A stretch of 36,636 nucleotides of DNA from a virus (lineage: Duplodnaviria > Heunggongvirae > Uroviricota > Caudoviricetes). Below the pieces are notes generated by a model that searched no databases, was not told the DNA's origin, and worked only from the letters and a program-made list of their open reading frames with translations. How positions within the stretch are numbered: the first letter of the stretch is position 1; the number at the start of each line of letters is the position of its first letter. The stretch lies in IMG/VR virus record IMGVR_UViG_2778261643_000013; one strand, 5' to 3'. This document shows, in pieces, positions 29,056 through 36,636 of the stretch. A program made the translations under genes and the position numbers.

Positions 29056-29151
29056 ACCTTCCTCGGTTTAGTGTTTTTTGCGAGTTTAGTGTTTAATAAA
29101 CCATTAAGTCAAGTATTTGCTTGTTTAGTGATTACTAAAGATAATTACCAC
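29056..29151. promoter_or_regulatory. Immunity-region operator/promoter segment (PR and PRM with GTTTAGTG repeats)
   Basis: GTTTAGTG at 29066, 29084 and 29123; PR -35 TTGACT / -10 TAAACT on minus; PRM -35 TTGCTT / -10 GATAAT on plus ending 6 nt before the repressor ATG. Confidence 0.5.
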
Positions 29152-29523
29152 ATGCAAAAAAAAGAAATTCGCCGTTTACGTCTCAAGGAGTGGTTTAAAG
29201 ATAAAACTCTGCCACCCAAAGAGAAGAGCTACCTATCTCAACTAATGAGTGGGAGAGCCTCGTTTGGAGAAAAGGCTGCCAGAAGAATAGAGCAAACATA
29301 CGGGATGCCGGAAGGGTATCTGGATGCGGAATACGCAGAACAACCGGAGGTTTCTCTACCACATGCAGGGTTAACGTCTAATCAACTGGAATTATTGCAG
29401 ATTTTTTCAGCCTTCCCTGAGGATGAGCAACGCCAGATAATCAGCGAGTTAAAGCAGAAAAAAGAATCAATGGAAGATCTCATAGCGAGATGGATTGCGG
29501 CGCAAAAATGCCGCCGCGCCTGA
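29152..29523 (+). CDS. Prophage repressor (HTH_XRE, RacR-like), probably leaderless
   Basis: ATG at 29152 without SD; HTH ...EKSYLSQLMSGRASFGEKAARRIEQTYGMPEGYLD... Confidence 0.7.
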   Translation: MQKKEIRRLRLKEWFKDKTLPPKEKSYLSQLMSGRASFGEKAARRIEQTYGMPEGYLDAEYAEQPEVSLPHAGLTSNQLELLQIFSAFPEDEQRQIISELKQKKESMEDLIARWIAAQKCRRA

Positions 29524-29543
29524 GTTATAAAACCGGAGGAAAC

Positions 29544-29735
29544 ATGAATAGAGCCCTTTCACCAATGGTTTCTGAATTTGAAACCATTGAACAAGAAAAC
29601 AGTTACAACGAATGGCTGCGTGCGAAAGTAGCAACGAGCCTTGCAGATCCGCGCCCAGCAATTCCCCATGACGAAGTTGAGCGCAGAATGGCAGAACGCT
29701 TTGCTAAAATGCGCAAGGAACGGAGCAAGCAGTAA
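29544..29735 (+). CDS. Type II antitoxin (ParD/RelB-like)
   Basis: 63 aa; strong SD GGAGGA; ...WLRAKVATSLADPRPAIPHDEVERRMAERFA... antitoxin-like. Confidence 0.6.
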   Translation: MNRALSPMVSEFETIEQENSYNEWLRAKVATSLADPRPAIPHDEVERRMAERFAKMRKERSKQ

Positions 29736-29736
29736 A

Positions 29737-30015
29737 ATGTTACCCGTGTTATGGCTTGAAAGCGCAGATACCAACCTAGATGATATAACTAGTTATATTG
29801 CTCGTTTCGACATAGATGCGGCTGAACGCTTATGGCAGCGATTAAGGGGTTGTGTGCTGCCGTTATCCGAACATCCGTATTTATACCCACCAAGCGACAG
29901 AGTACCTGGCTTGCGTGAGATTGTAGCCCACCCTAACTATATAATTCTATACCGCGTAACAACATCAAGCGTTGAAGTAGTAAACGTGATCCACGCAAGA
30001 CGCCAGTTTCCCTAA
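29737..30015 (+). CDS. Type II toxin (ParE/RelE family)
   Basis: 92 aa starting 1 nt after the antitoxin stop; ...GLREIVAHPNYIILYRVTTSSVEVVNVIHARRQFP is ParE-like. Confidence 0.65.
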   Translation: MLPVLWLESADTNLDDITSYIARFDIDAAERLWQRLRGCVLPLSEHPYLYPPSDRVPGLREIVAHPNYIILYRVTTSSVEVVNVIHARRQFP

Positions 30016-30086
30016 CTTTCACTACCAATAGAAACATAACAACCGCAACGACTTTATCAAAAGCGTTGTGTTTGTTACGCCCCGCG

Positions 30087-30127
30087 GTTTAGTTTTTACT
30101 TGACTTAAGTTTAATGTTTATTAAACT
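30087..30127 (+). promoter_or_regulatory. Candidate PL-type promoter with operator half-sites
   Basis: GTTTAGTT at 30087, -35 TTGACT (30100-30105), -10 TAAACT (30122-30127); same hexamers as PR. Confidence 0.4.
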
Positions 30128-30225
30128 AAAAATACCAACCCACCCCGCCCCACAGAATGCAGGGCAATACTTCGAGTTACCAGGCAGTGGTCAGGGGTTA
30201 AGTAGCCAGCCCGAGGCGTAAGAAC

Positions 30226-30435
30226 ATGACGGCAGGGTTCAACTTTAACTATGCAGCAGGTTTTTGTTCCGCAACCCCGGCGTTAAGGGGAAATGAGGTC
30301 AGCATGGATACTATCGATCTTGGCAACAACGAATCTCTGGTGTACGGCGTGTTTCCCAACCAGGACGGAACGTTCACCGCGATAACGTATACCAAAAGCA
30401 AAACGTTTAAAACCGAATCTGGCGCACGTCGCTGA
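30226..30435 (+). CDS. Small early protein (69 aa, or 43 aa from ATG 30304)
   Basis: ATG at 30226 with GAGG; internal ATG 30304 also has GAGG. Confidence 0.4.
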   Translation: MTAGFNFNYAAGFCSATPALRGNEVSMDTIDLGNNESLVYGVFPNQDGTFTAITYTKSKTFKTESGARR

Positions 30436-30460
30436 CTGGAAAGAAACTCAGGTGAGTGAT

Positions 30461-30589
30461 ATGGATTTCGACACAATCATGGAAAAGGCTTACGAAGAAT
30501 ACTTCGAAGGCCTTGCCGAAGGCGAAGAAGCTCTCAGCTTCAGTGAGTTTAAACAGGCGCTTTCCAGCTCGGCAAAATCTAACGGCTGA
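30461..30589 (+). CDS. Small acidic protein (42 aa)
   Basis: ATG at 30461 after AGGTGAG SD; not in the ORF track because under 60 aa. Confidence 0.4.
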   Translation: MDFDTIMEKAYEEYFEGLAEGEEALSFSEFKQALSSSAKSNG

Positions 30590-30618
30590 TAAGCGAAGCA
30601 GCACCGCGAGGAATCAGT

Positions 30619-30837
30619 ATGCAGAAACGAGAACCCGTCATCATCGCGCCAGACTATACCGATGATGAACTTTATGAGTGGATGCGCCAGAAAATTAATG
30701 CAGCGCAGGATCTGAAATGGGCCAATGAAGCCAGGGCTAAGCAGGCTGAAAATCTGTCCGCTCTGGAGCAGGATATCACCAATCTGGAAAAAGCAGCGGC
30801 ATTAAGCATTGCCAGAATGATTACATACCCGCGTTAA
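30619..30837 (+). CDS. Small early protein (72 aa)
   Basis: ATG at 30619 with GAGGAA SD. Confidence 0.5.
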   Translation: MQKREPVIIAPDYTDDELYEWMRQKINAAQDLKWANEARAKQAENLSALEQDITNLEKAAALSIARMITYPR

Positions 30838-31404
30838 TAGCTAACCAACGAAGCTAAGGTTGGTAATTAAGGAGTTCTCCACGGGTGAGGTGGAGTGCGT
30901 GCGCCGGACACGGGTGAGCATCCGGCACTGACAGTTTACTGAAAGGATATTTCCATGAAAAGTCAGACCATAACGCGAAAGCGCACGGCGAGGTAGCTGG
31001 TTCATAGATAGCCTGTCGTTAAATTTTCGTCGACCGTGCGCTTCCGGTTGTGGCACTCCGCGAAATGACGCGGCGGTAAGTATGGCGGGGTTATTCCTTC
31101 CCCGTTGAGGACACCGGGTTGTCAGGTTGACCATACGCTTAAGTGACAACCCCGCTGCAACGCCCTCTGTTATCAATTTTCTGGTGACGTTTGGCGGTAT
31201 CAGTTTTACTCCGTGACTGCTCTGCCGCCCTTTTTAAAGTGAATTTTGTGATGCGGTGAATGCGGCTAAGCGCACGCGGAACAGTTAAAACCAAAAACAG
31301 TGTTATGGGTGGATTCTCTGTATCCGGCGTTAATTGTTAACTGGTTAACGTCACCTGGAGGCACCAGGCACCGCATCACAAAACTCATTGTTGAGGGCGC
31401 GATA
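30838..31404. other. 567-bp non-coding, GC-rich, highly structured region
   Basis: No credible ORF on either strand; multiple stems including a 15-bp long-range inverted repeat (31244-31258 / 31369-31383) and tandem GTTAAC palindromes near 31330-31350. Confidence 0.4.
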
Positions 31405-31593
31405 ATGAAAACGTTATTACCAAACGTTAATACGTCTGAAGGTTGTTTTGAAATTGGTGTCACTATCAGTAATCCTGTATTTACTGAAGATGCCATTAAC
31501 AAAAGAAAACACGAACGGGAGTTATTAAATAAAGTATGCATTGTTTCAATGCTGGCCCGTTTACGTCTGATGCCAAAGGGATGTGCACAATGA
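31405..31593 (+). CDS. Small protein (62 aa)
   Basis: ATG at 31405 with GAGGG SD; AT-rich. Confidence 0.45.
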   Translation: MKTLLPNVNTSEGCFEIGVTISNPVFTEDAINKRKHERELLNKVCIVSMLARLRLMPKGCAQ

Positions 31594-31781
31594 ATCCAGT
31601 ATTTGCACTTATTCTGACGGTTTTTCTTGTTTCCAGAGAGCCAGTTGATATTGCAGTCAGTGTTCACAGAACAATGCAGGAATGTATGGCAGCAGCAACC
31701 GAACAGAAAATTCCAGGCAACTGTTATCCGGTCGATAAAGTTATTCACCAGGATAATAACGAAATCCCGGCAGGATTTTAA
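31590..31781 (+). CDS. Small protein with hydrophobic N-terminus (63 aa)
   Basis: ATG at 31590 overlapping the previous stop (ATGA); N-terminal MNPVFALILTVFLV. Confidence 0.45.
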   Translation: MNPVFALILTVFLVSREPVDIAVSVHRTMQECMAAATEQKIPGNCYPVDKVIHQDNNEIPAGF

Positions 31782-31874
31782 AACAGCACCGTAATAAATA
31801 TCCAGTTTCATTCTTATATGTCAGCAATGGCAGAGATTTGTTCACCCTTAAATCTGTGATGAGGTTTACCAATA

Positions 31875-34316
31875 ATGAGCACTGATAAAGAAGAATTTGC
31901 ACTATATTGCGAAGCAAAAAATGACAAAGTAAGAAAACGCCTAGGAATTAAAGGTGGTTTTTACTGGACTACAGCAAAAAAATTATCTGTTGCAATCTCC
32001 CGCTGCATTACCGCAATGGATGACAACGATTATGATGAAGACGACTTTAAAAAACCCGTCCGCGTCAATTTGCCCGTTGTTGACGACCTTCCGCCAGAAG
32101 GCGTGTTTGATACTGAATTCTGCAACCGCTATGAAAAAGGCGGGAAAGATGGCATCACAATGACATTTATCGGCCCTTCCCCCTCTGTTCAGGACAAACC
32201 AGCCAGCACTGACAATACCAACATCAACGGCGAAGACATGACTGAGATTGAGGAGAGCATGCTTCTGCCTGTCTCCGGTCAGGAACTGCCCATTCGTTGG
32301 CTTGCTCAACACGGCAGCGAAAAACCAGTAACGCACGTTTCACGCGACGAACTCCAGGCATTACACATTGCACGGGCTGAAGAACTACCGGCTGTTACTG
32401 CCCTGGCTATTTCGCATAAAACCAGTCTGCTCGACTCGCTGGAGATTCGCGACCTCCACAAACTGGTTCGTGACACTGACAAAGTTTTCCCTAATCCTGG
32501 TAATTCAGACCTGGGACTAATAACTGCTTTTTTCGAAGCATACCTGGACGCTGACTACACTGATCGGGGTCTGCTGACAAAAGAGTGGATGAAAGGAAAT
32601 CGTGTTTCACGCATCACCCGCACGGCTTCCGGTGCTAATGCTGGCGGTGGGAACAAAACCGATCGCAATCCGAATTTAGTACACACCCTCGACACACTGG
32701 ATGTGGAGATTGCAGCAGCCACACTTCCGATGGATTTTAATATTTATGAAATTCCGGGCAGCGTTTATCGTCGCGCAAAAGAAGTAGTCCTGAACAAAGA
32801 AAGTCCGTTCAAAGAATGGTCCGCAGCACTTCGTGCAACCCCGGGTATTCTGGACTATTCCCGCGCCGCTATTTTTGCACTTATCCGAAGCGCACACCCT
32901 GAATTTTATCACTACCCGGGACGCCTTCAGGGGTATATCAACGCCTATTTGACGGAAACTGATCACGAGACCCCCAGCAAGGAAACTCTCACAGCTGCCC
33001 GGCATACGCCGGAAAAAGATATCCTGGAAGAAATTAACCGCGAGGTGGTTACTGAGCGTGAAACAGAAGAAGAAAAACCACAACCATCTGACGCAATGGC
33101 AGGTGAACAGGCAACAACTGAAACAATGGAACCGGATACAACTGAACATGGCCAGAACGCGCAGTCGCTGGATGCTCAGTCGCAGGTGAGTTCCGCTAAC
33201 CAAGTAAAAGTCACCGCTGACGAAGTAAACAAAATTATGCAGGCAGCCAATATCAGCCAGCCTGACGCCGATAAGTTACTTGCTGTATCGCGTGGTGAAT
33301 TTGTTGAGGGGATTAGCGACCCTAATGATCCGAAATGGGTCAAGGGGATCCAGACTCGCGATTCTGTGAACCAGAACCAGCATGAATCGGAACGGAACGA
33401 CCAAAAAGCGGAACAAAACAGCCCAAATGCGTTACAAAACGAGCCAGAAACGAAACAATCCGAACCAGTAGCGCAACAGGAACCGGAAAAAGTCTGCACC
33501 GCCTGCGGTCAGAGCGGTGGCGGCAACTGCCCTGATTGTGGCGCGGTGATGGGCGACGCAACATACCAGGAAACATTCGATGAAGAGAATCAGGTTGAAG
33601 TTCAGGAAAATGATCCGGAGGAAATGGAAGGCGCTGAACATCCACACAAGGAGAACCCTGGCGGCAATCAGCATCACGCCAGCGATAATAAAACTGGCGA
33701 GGCGACAGATCCCTTAATTAAGGTGAATGGTCATCATAAGCTCACATCCACCAGCAGAGCGGGGATTCATCTGATGATCGACCTTGAAACCATGGGAATA
33801 AATCCCGATGCCCCGATTATCTCAATAGGCGCAATATTTTTCGATCCACAAACCGGAGATATGGGACCGGAATTTAGCAAGACCATCGATCTGGATACTG
33901 CTGGCGGAGTCATTGATCGTGACGTCATTAAATGGTGGCTGAAGCAATCACGTGAAGCGCAGTCTGCCATTATGACCGATGAAATCCCGTTAGATGATGC
34001 ACTACTGCAATTGCGGGAATTTATCGACGAAAACTCCGGTGAATTTTTTGTTCAGGTCTGGGGTAATGGGGCCAACTTCGACAACGTGATTTTACGCCGT
34101 TCATACGAACGACAGGGTATCCCCTGCCCATGGCGCTACTGCAACGATCGCGATGTACGCACAATCGTTGAGCTGGGGAAAGCCATAGACTTCGATGCCA
34201 GAACTGCTATCCCATTCGAAGGTGAGCGCCATAATGCACTTGATGACGCTCGTTACCAGGCAAAATACGTTTCAGCTATCTGGCAAAAACTGATCCCGAG
34301 TCAGGCTGATTTTTAA
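31875..34316 (+). CDS. Large multidomain protein: RecE-N-like region, zinc ribbon, C-terminal DEDDh 3'-5' exonuclease
   Basis: 813 aa; CTACGQSGGGNCPDCG zinc ribbon (33496-33543); C-terminal MIDLETMG, WGNGANFD and HNALDDARYQ exonuclease motifs (33760-34313); occupies the exo/recE slot before xis-int. Confidence 0.7.
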   Translation: MSTDKEEFALYCEAKNDKVRKRLGIKGGFYWTTAKKLSVAISRCITAMDDNDYDEDDFKKPVRVNLPVVDDLPPEGVFDTEFCNRYEKGGKDGITMTFIGPSPSVQDKPASTDNTNINGEDMTEIEESMLLPVSGQELPIRWLAQHGSEKPVTHVSRDELQALHIARAEELPAVTALAISHKTSLLDSLEIRDLHKLVRDTDKVFPNPGNSDLGLITAFFEAYLDADYTDRGLLTKEWMKGNRVSRITRTASGANAGGGNKTDRNPNLVHTLDTLDVEIAAATLPMDFNIYEIPGSVYRRAKEVVLNKESPFKEWSAALRATPGILDYSRAAIFALIRSAHPEFYHYPGRLQGYINAYLTETDHETPSKETLTAARHTPEKDILEEINREVVTERETEEEKPQPSDAMAGEQATTETMEPDTTEHGQNAQSLDAQSQVSSANQVKVTADEVNKIMQAANISQPDADKLLAVSRGEFVEGISDPNDPKWVKGIQTRDSVNQNQHESERNDQKAEQNSPNALQNEPETKQSEPVAQQEPEKVCTACGQSGGGNCPDCGAVMGDATYQETFDEENQVEVQENDPEEMEGAEHPHKENPGGNQHHASDNKTGEATDPLIKVNGHHKLTSTSRAGIHLMIDLETMGINPDAPIISIGAIFFDPQTGDMGPEFSKTIDLDTAGGVIDRDVIKWWLKQSREAQSAIMTDEIPLDDALLQLREFIDENSGEFFVQVWGNGANFDNVILRRSYERQGIPCPWRYCNDRDVRTIVELGKAIDFDARTAIPFEGERHNALDDARYQAKYVSAIWQKLIPSQADF

Positions 34317-34332
34317 TGTTCAACCCTAATTG

Positions 34333-34356
34333 CCGCTAACCGTATATAGTTAGCGG
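34333..34356 (+). other. 8-bp hairpin (CCGCTAAC / GTTAGCGG) between the exonuclease gene and xis
   Basis: Perfect stem with 8-nt loop, no U tract. Confidence 0.4.
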
Positions 34357-34374
34357 CGGTTATGAGATATAGCT

Positions 34375-34578
34375 ATGAGCAGCTTATTTTTAACCGAAGA
34401 TGAATTGCTAATATTAACGGGCTGCAAATATGCAAGCCACCAGCGAAAATGGTTAATGGAAAACGGGCTTCCGTTCTATACCAATCGTAGTGGCAAACCG
34501 ATTGTCAGCCGGGATCTATTTACCTGCAATAAAACTTTACCACCACGCGAGGTAGAGCCGAATTTTGGTGCGATCTGA
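34375..34578 (+). CDS. xis: Excisionase-like protein
   Basis: 67 aa immediately upstream of int with ATGA overlap. Confidence 0.6.
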   Translation: MSSLFLTEDELLILTGCKYASHQRKWLMENGLPFYTNRSGKPIVSRDLFTCNKTLPPREVEPNFGAI

Positions 34579-35603
34579 TGGGAAGACGAAGGAAAAATCC
34601 TGAACACGAAAAATTACCTCCAAATGCATACCCAAATAAATATAGTTATGTATGGAAACCAACATCCAGAGAATCTGTCACACTAACCGCCATCAAGGAT
34701 GGTTTAGCTGCTTTATGGAAAAAGTATGAGGAAACTGTAAATAATCGCGATCGTGCAATGACATTCGGTCGCTTGTGGGAAAAATTCCTCGCCAGCGCCT
34801 ATTACAGTGACCTTAGTCCAAGAACACAAAAAGATTATCTGCAACATCAAAAAAAGTTGCTTGCCGTATTCGGTAAGGTACCAGCGGATTCCATAAAACC
34901 AGAACACATCCGTCGATACATGGACAAAAGAGGGGAGCAGAGTAAAACACAAGCCAACCATGAAAAAAGCAGTATGTCCCGTGTTTACAGTTGGGGGTAT
35001 GAGCGAGGGTACGTCAAGGCTAACCCATGTGCAGGTGTAAGTAAATTCAAGGCCAAAAACCGCGAACGATATGTAACCGACAAAGAATACCAGGCAGTAT
35101 TAAGCGTTGCACCTCTTCCTGTTTTTATCGCAATGGAAATTGCCTATCTGTGTGCAGCGAGGGTTTCCGATGTGTTATCGCTGAAATGGGAACAGATTGG
35201 AAACGACGGGATATTCATCCAGCAAGGGAAAACCGGAAAAAAACAGATAAAAGCATGGAGTCCACGATTACAGGCAGCGATCGAAAAAGCAAAACAGTTA
35301 CCAAAATCTGCCTATGTGATCAGCAATCAATACGGCAACCGATATATGTACAAAGGCTTTAACGAAATGTGGGTAGAAGCAAGAAATCGTGCTGGAAAAA
35401 TTTCAGGTATTTTAACCGACTTCACCTTTCATGATCTGAAGGCGAAAGGAATTTCAGACTATGAAGGAAGCAGCCGGGATAAGCAACTTTTCTCTGGTCA
35501 CAAAACCGAAGGGCAAGTGCTAATCTATGACAGGAAGGTTAAAGTTTCACCAACACTTGATGTCCCGTTACCTGAAAATATTCCAAGAAAATATTCCAAG
35601 TAA
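34578..35603 (+). CDS. int: Tyrosine-type site-specific integrase
   Basis: 341 aa; catalytic ...ARVSDVLSL..., ...HDLKAKG..., ...VLIYD... ; adjacent to the tRNA 3' end. Confidence 0.9.
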   Translation: MGRRRKNPEHEKLPPNAYPNKYSYVWKPTSRESVTLTAIKDGLAALWKKYEETVNNRDRAMTFGRLWEKFLASAYYSDLSPRTQKDYLQHQKKLLAVFGKVPADSIKPEHIRRYMDKRGEQSKTQANHEKSSMSRVYSWGYERGYVKANPCAGVSKFKAKNRERYVTDKEYQAVLSVAPLPVFIAMEIAYLCAARVSDVLSLKWEQIGNDGIFIQQGKTGKKQIKAWSPRLQAAIEKAKQLPKSAYVISNQYGNRYMYKGFNEMWVEARNRAGKISGILTDFTFHDLKAKGISDYEGSSRDKQLFSGHKTEGQVLIYDRKVKVSPTLDVPLPENIPRKYSK

Positions 35604-35655
35604 TTCCAAGTGTGATTTTTGTCACTGACTTAATGATGTGTAAGTGATTGAATTT

Positions 35656-35745
35656 TGGCGGAGAGAGGGGGATTTGAACCCCCGGTGGAGTTGCCCCCAC
35701 TCCGGTTTTCGAGACCGGTCCGTTCAGCCGCTCCGGCATCTCTCC
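35656..35745 (-). tRNA. serU: tRNA-Ser (anticodon CGA), integration target
   Basis: 90 nt with long variable arm; anticodon loop CUCGAAA; 3' end faces int. Confidence 0.85.
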
Positions 35746-35838
35746 GTTCAGATGGTTGCCATGATGCCAGGAAATTTGGCATTTTAACAGTCCCTGTCCG
35801 TGCAATTTTGTTCAAGTGACGAGTTTGCGAGCAAAACG

Positions 35839-36636
35839 ATGATTAAGTGGCCCTGGAAAGTACAAGAATCAGCACATCAAACTGCCCTTCCCTGGCAGGA
35901 AGCACTATCGATCCCCCTTTTAACGGGTCTGACGGAACAGGAACAAAGCAAATTAGTCACTCTTGCCGAACGTTTTTTACAGCAAAAGCGGCTTGTTCCT
36001 TTACAGGGCTTTGAACTGGATTCATTAAGAAGCTGCCGGATAGCACTTCTATTTTGCCTACCCGTTCTGGAGTTAGGACTGGAATGGCTGGATGGTTTTC
36101 ATGAAGTCTTAATTTATCCTGCGCCATTTGTGGTCGATGATGAATGGGAAGACGATATCGGTCTGGTGCATAACCAACGTATTGTTCAGTCAGGTCAGAG
36201 CTGGCAGCAAGGGCCTATCGTTTTGAACTGGTTGGATATACAAGATTCTTTTGATGCATCTGGTTTTAACCTGATTATTCATGAAGTCGCTCATAAGCTG
36301 GACACCCGTAACGGCGATCGCGCCAGCGGAGTTCCCTTTATTTCGTTGCGTGAGGTTGCTGGCTGGGAACACGATCTTCATGCTGCAATGAACAACATTC
36401 AGGAAGAAATCGAATTAGTTGGTGAGAATGCAGCGAGCATTGATGCTTATGCTGCCAGTGATCCTGCTGAATGTTTTGCCGTACTTTCTGAATATTTCTT
36501 TAGCGCCCCAGAACTTTTTGCTCCTCGTTTCCCTTCATTGTGGCAACGTTTCTGTCAATTTTATCAACAAGATCCTTTGCAGAGACTGCATCACGCTAAT
36601 GATACAGACTCGTTTTCGGCGACGAATGTTCATTAA
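35839..36636 (+). CDS. mtfA: Mlc titration factor A (host gene)
   Basis: 265 aa [28 protein letters not shown]... matches E. coli MtfA/YeeI from memory; HEVAH zinc-peptidase motif. Confidence 0.85.
   Translation: MIKWPWKVQESAHQTALPWQEALSIPLLTGLTEQEQSKLVTLAERFLQQKRLVPLQGFELDSLRSCRIALLFCLPVLELGLEWLDGFHEVLIYPAPFVVDDEWEDDIGLVHNQRIVQSGQSWQQGPIVLNWLDIQDSFDASGFNLIIHEVAHKLDTRNGDRASGVPFISLREVAGWEHDLHAAMNNIQEEIELVGENAASIDAYAASDPAECFAVLSEYFFSAPELFAPRFPSLWQRFCQFYQQDPLQRLHHANDTDSFSATNVH

Noticed and set aside
30841-31176. 111-aa minus-strand ORF
   Set aside because: Arg-rich read-through of a GC-rich structured region, opposite to local transcription; treated as non-coding.
30838-31404. Retron msr-msd hypothesis for the structured non-coding region
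   Set aside because: Long-range inverted repeats resemble retron a1/a2, but no reverse transcriptase gene is encoded nearby.
31266-31811. 181-aa minus-strand ORF
   Set aside because: Antisense to two SD-initiated small plus-strand genes; Cys/Phe-rich, consistent with an AT-rich antisense artefact.
32676-33677. Three minus-strand ORFs (32676..33203, 33176..33499, 33340..33645)
   Set aside because: All antisense to the 813-aa exonuclease-domain gene; Cys/Phe/Arg-rich compositions.
35539-35805. 88-aa minus-strand ORF
   Set aside because: Covers the tRNA-Ser gene; the peptide is a translation of tRNA sequence.

Overview
The window is almost entirely one mosaic lambdoid prophage (about 1..35745) integrated beside a tRNA-Ser(CGA) gene, followed by the host gene mtfA (35839..36636). 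Orientation is inverted relative to the lambda map: late genes run on the minus strand, the lysogeny/int arm on the plus strand. From right to left: int and xis; a large RecE-N-like protein ending in a DEDDh 3'-5' exonuclease domain; small AT-rich ORFs and a 567-bp structured non-coding stretch; a Rac-like immunity region (leaderless repressor, divergent Cro/YdaS-like and YdaT-like genes, GTTTAGT operator repeats) with a ParD/ParE-like pair in the position rexAB holds in lambda; a replication module; a nin-like region carrying a QueH-like gene, hok, a DUF968 protein and RusA; a Q-like gene with pR'/tR'; four tRNA genes with their own promoter; a phage-21-type lysis cassette (dual-start pinholin, SAR endolysin, Rz with embedded Rz1); a YfbU-family moron on the opposite strand; HNH, TerS, TerL, portal, protease and HK97-fold capsid; and a lambda-like tail (V, G/G-T frameshift, H, M, L, K, I, J) ending in lom. 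I could not identify a described multi-gene defence system; the best candidates for something new are the tRNA cluster with one non-canonical tRNA, the RecE-N/DEDDh fusion with no RecT partner, the YfbU-like moron, the prophage QueH-like gene and the structured non-coding region. All assignments rest on reading the translations and sequence by eye, with homologies from memory; no database search was run.
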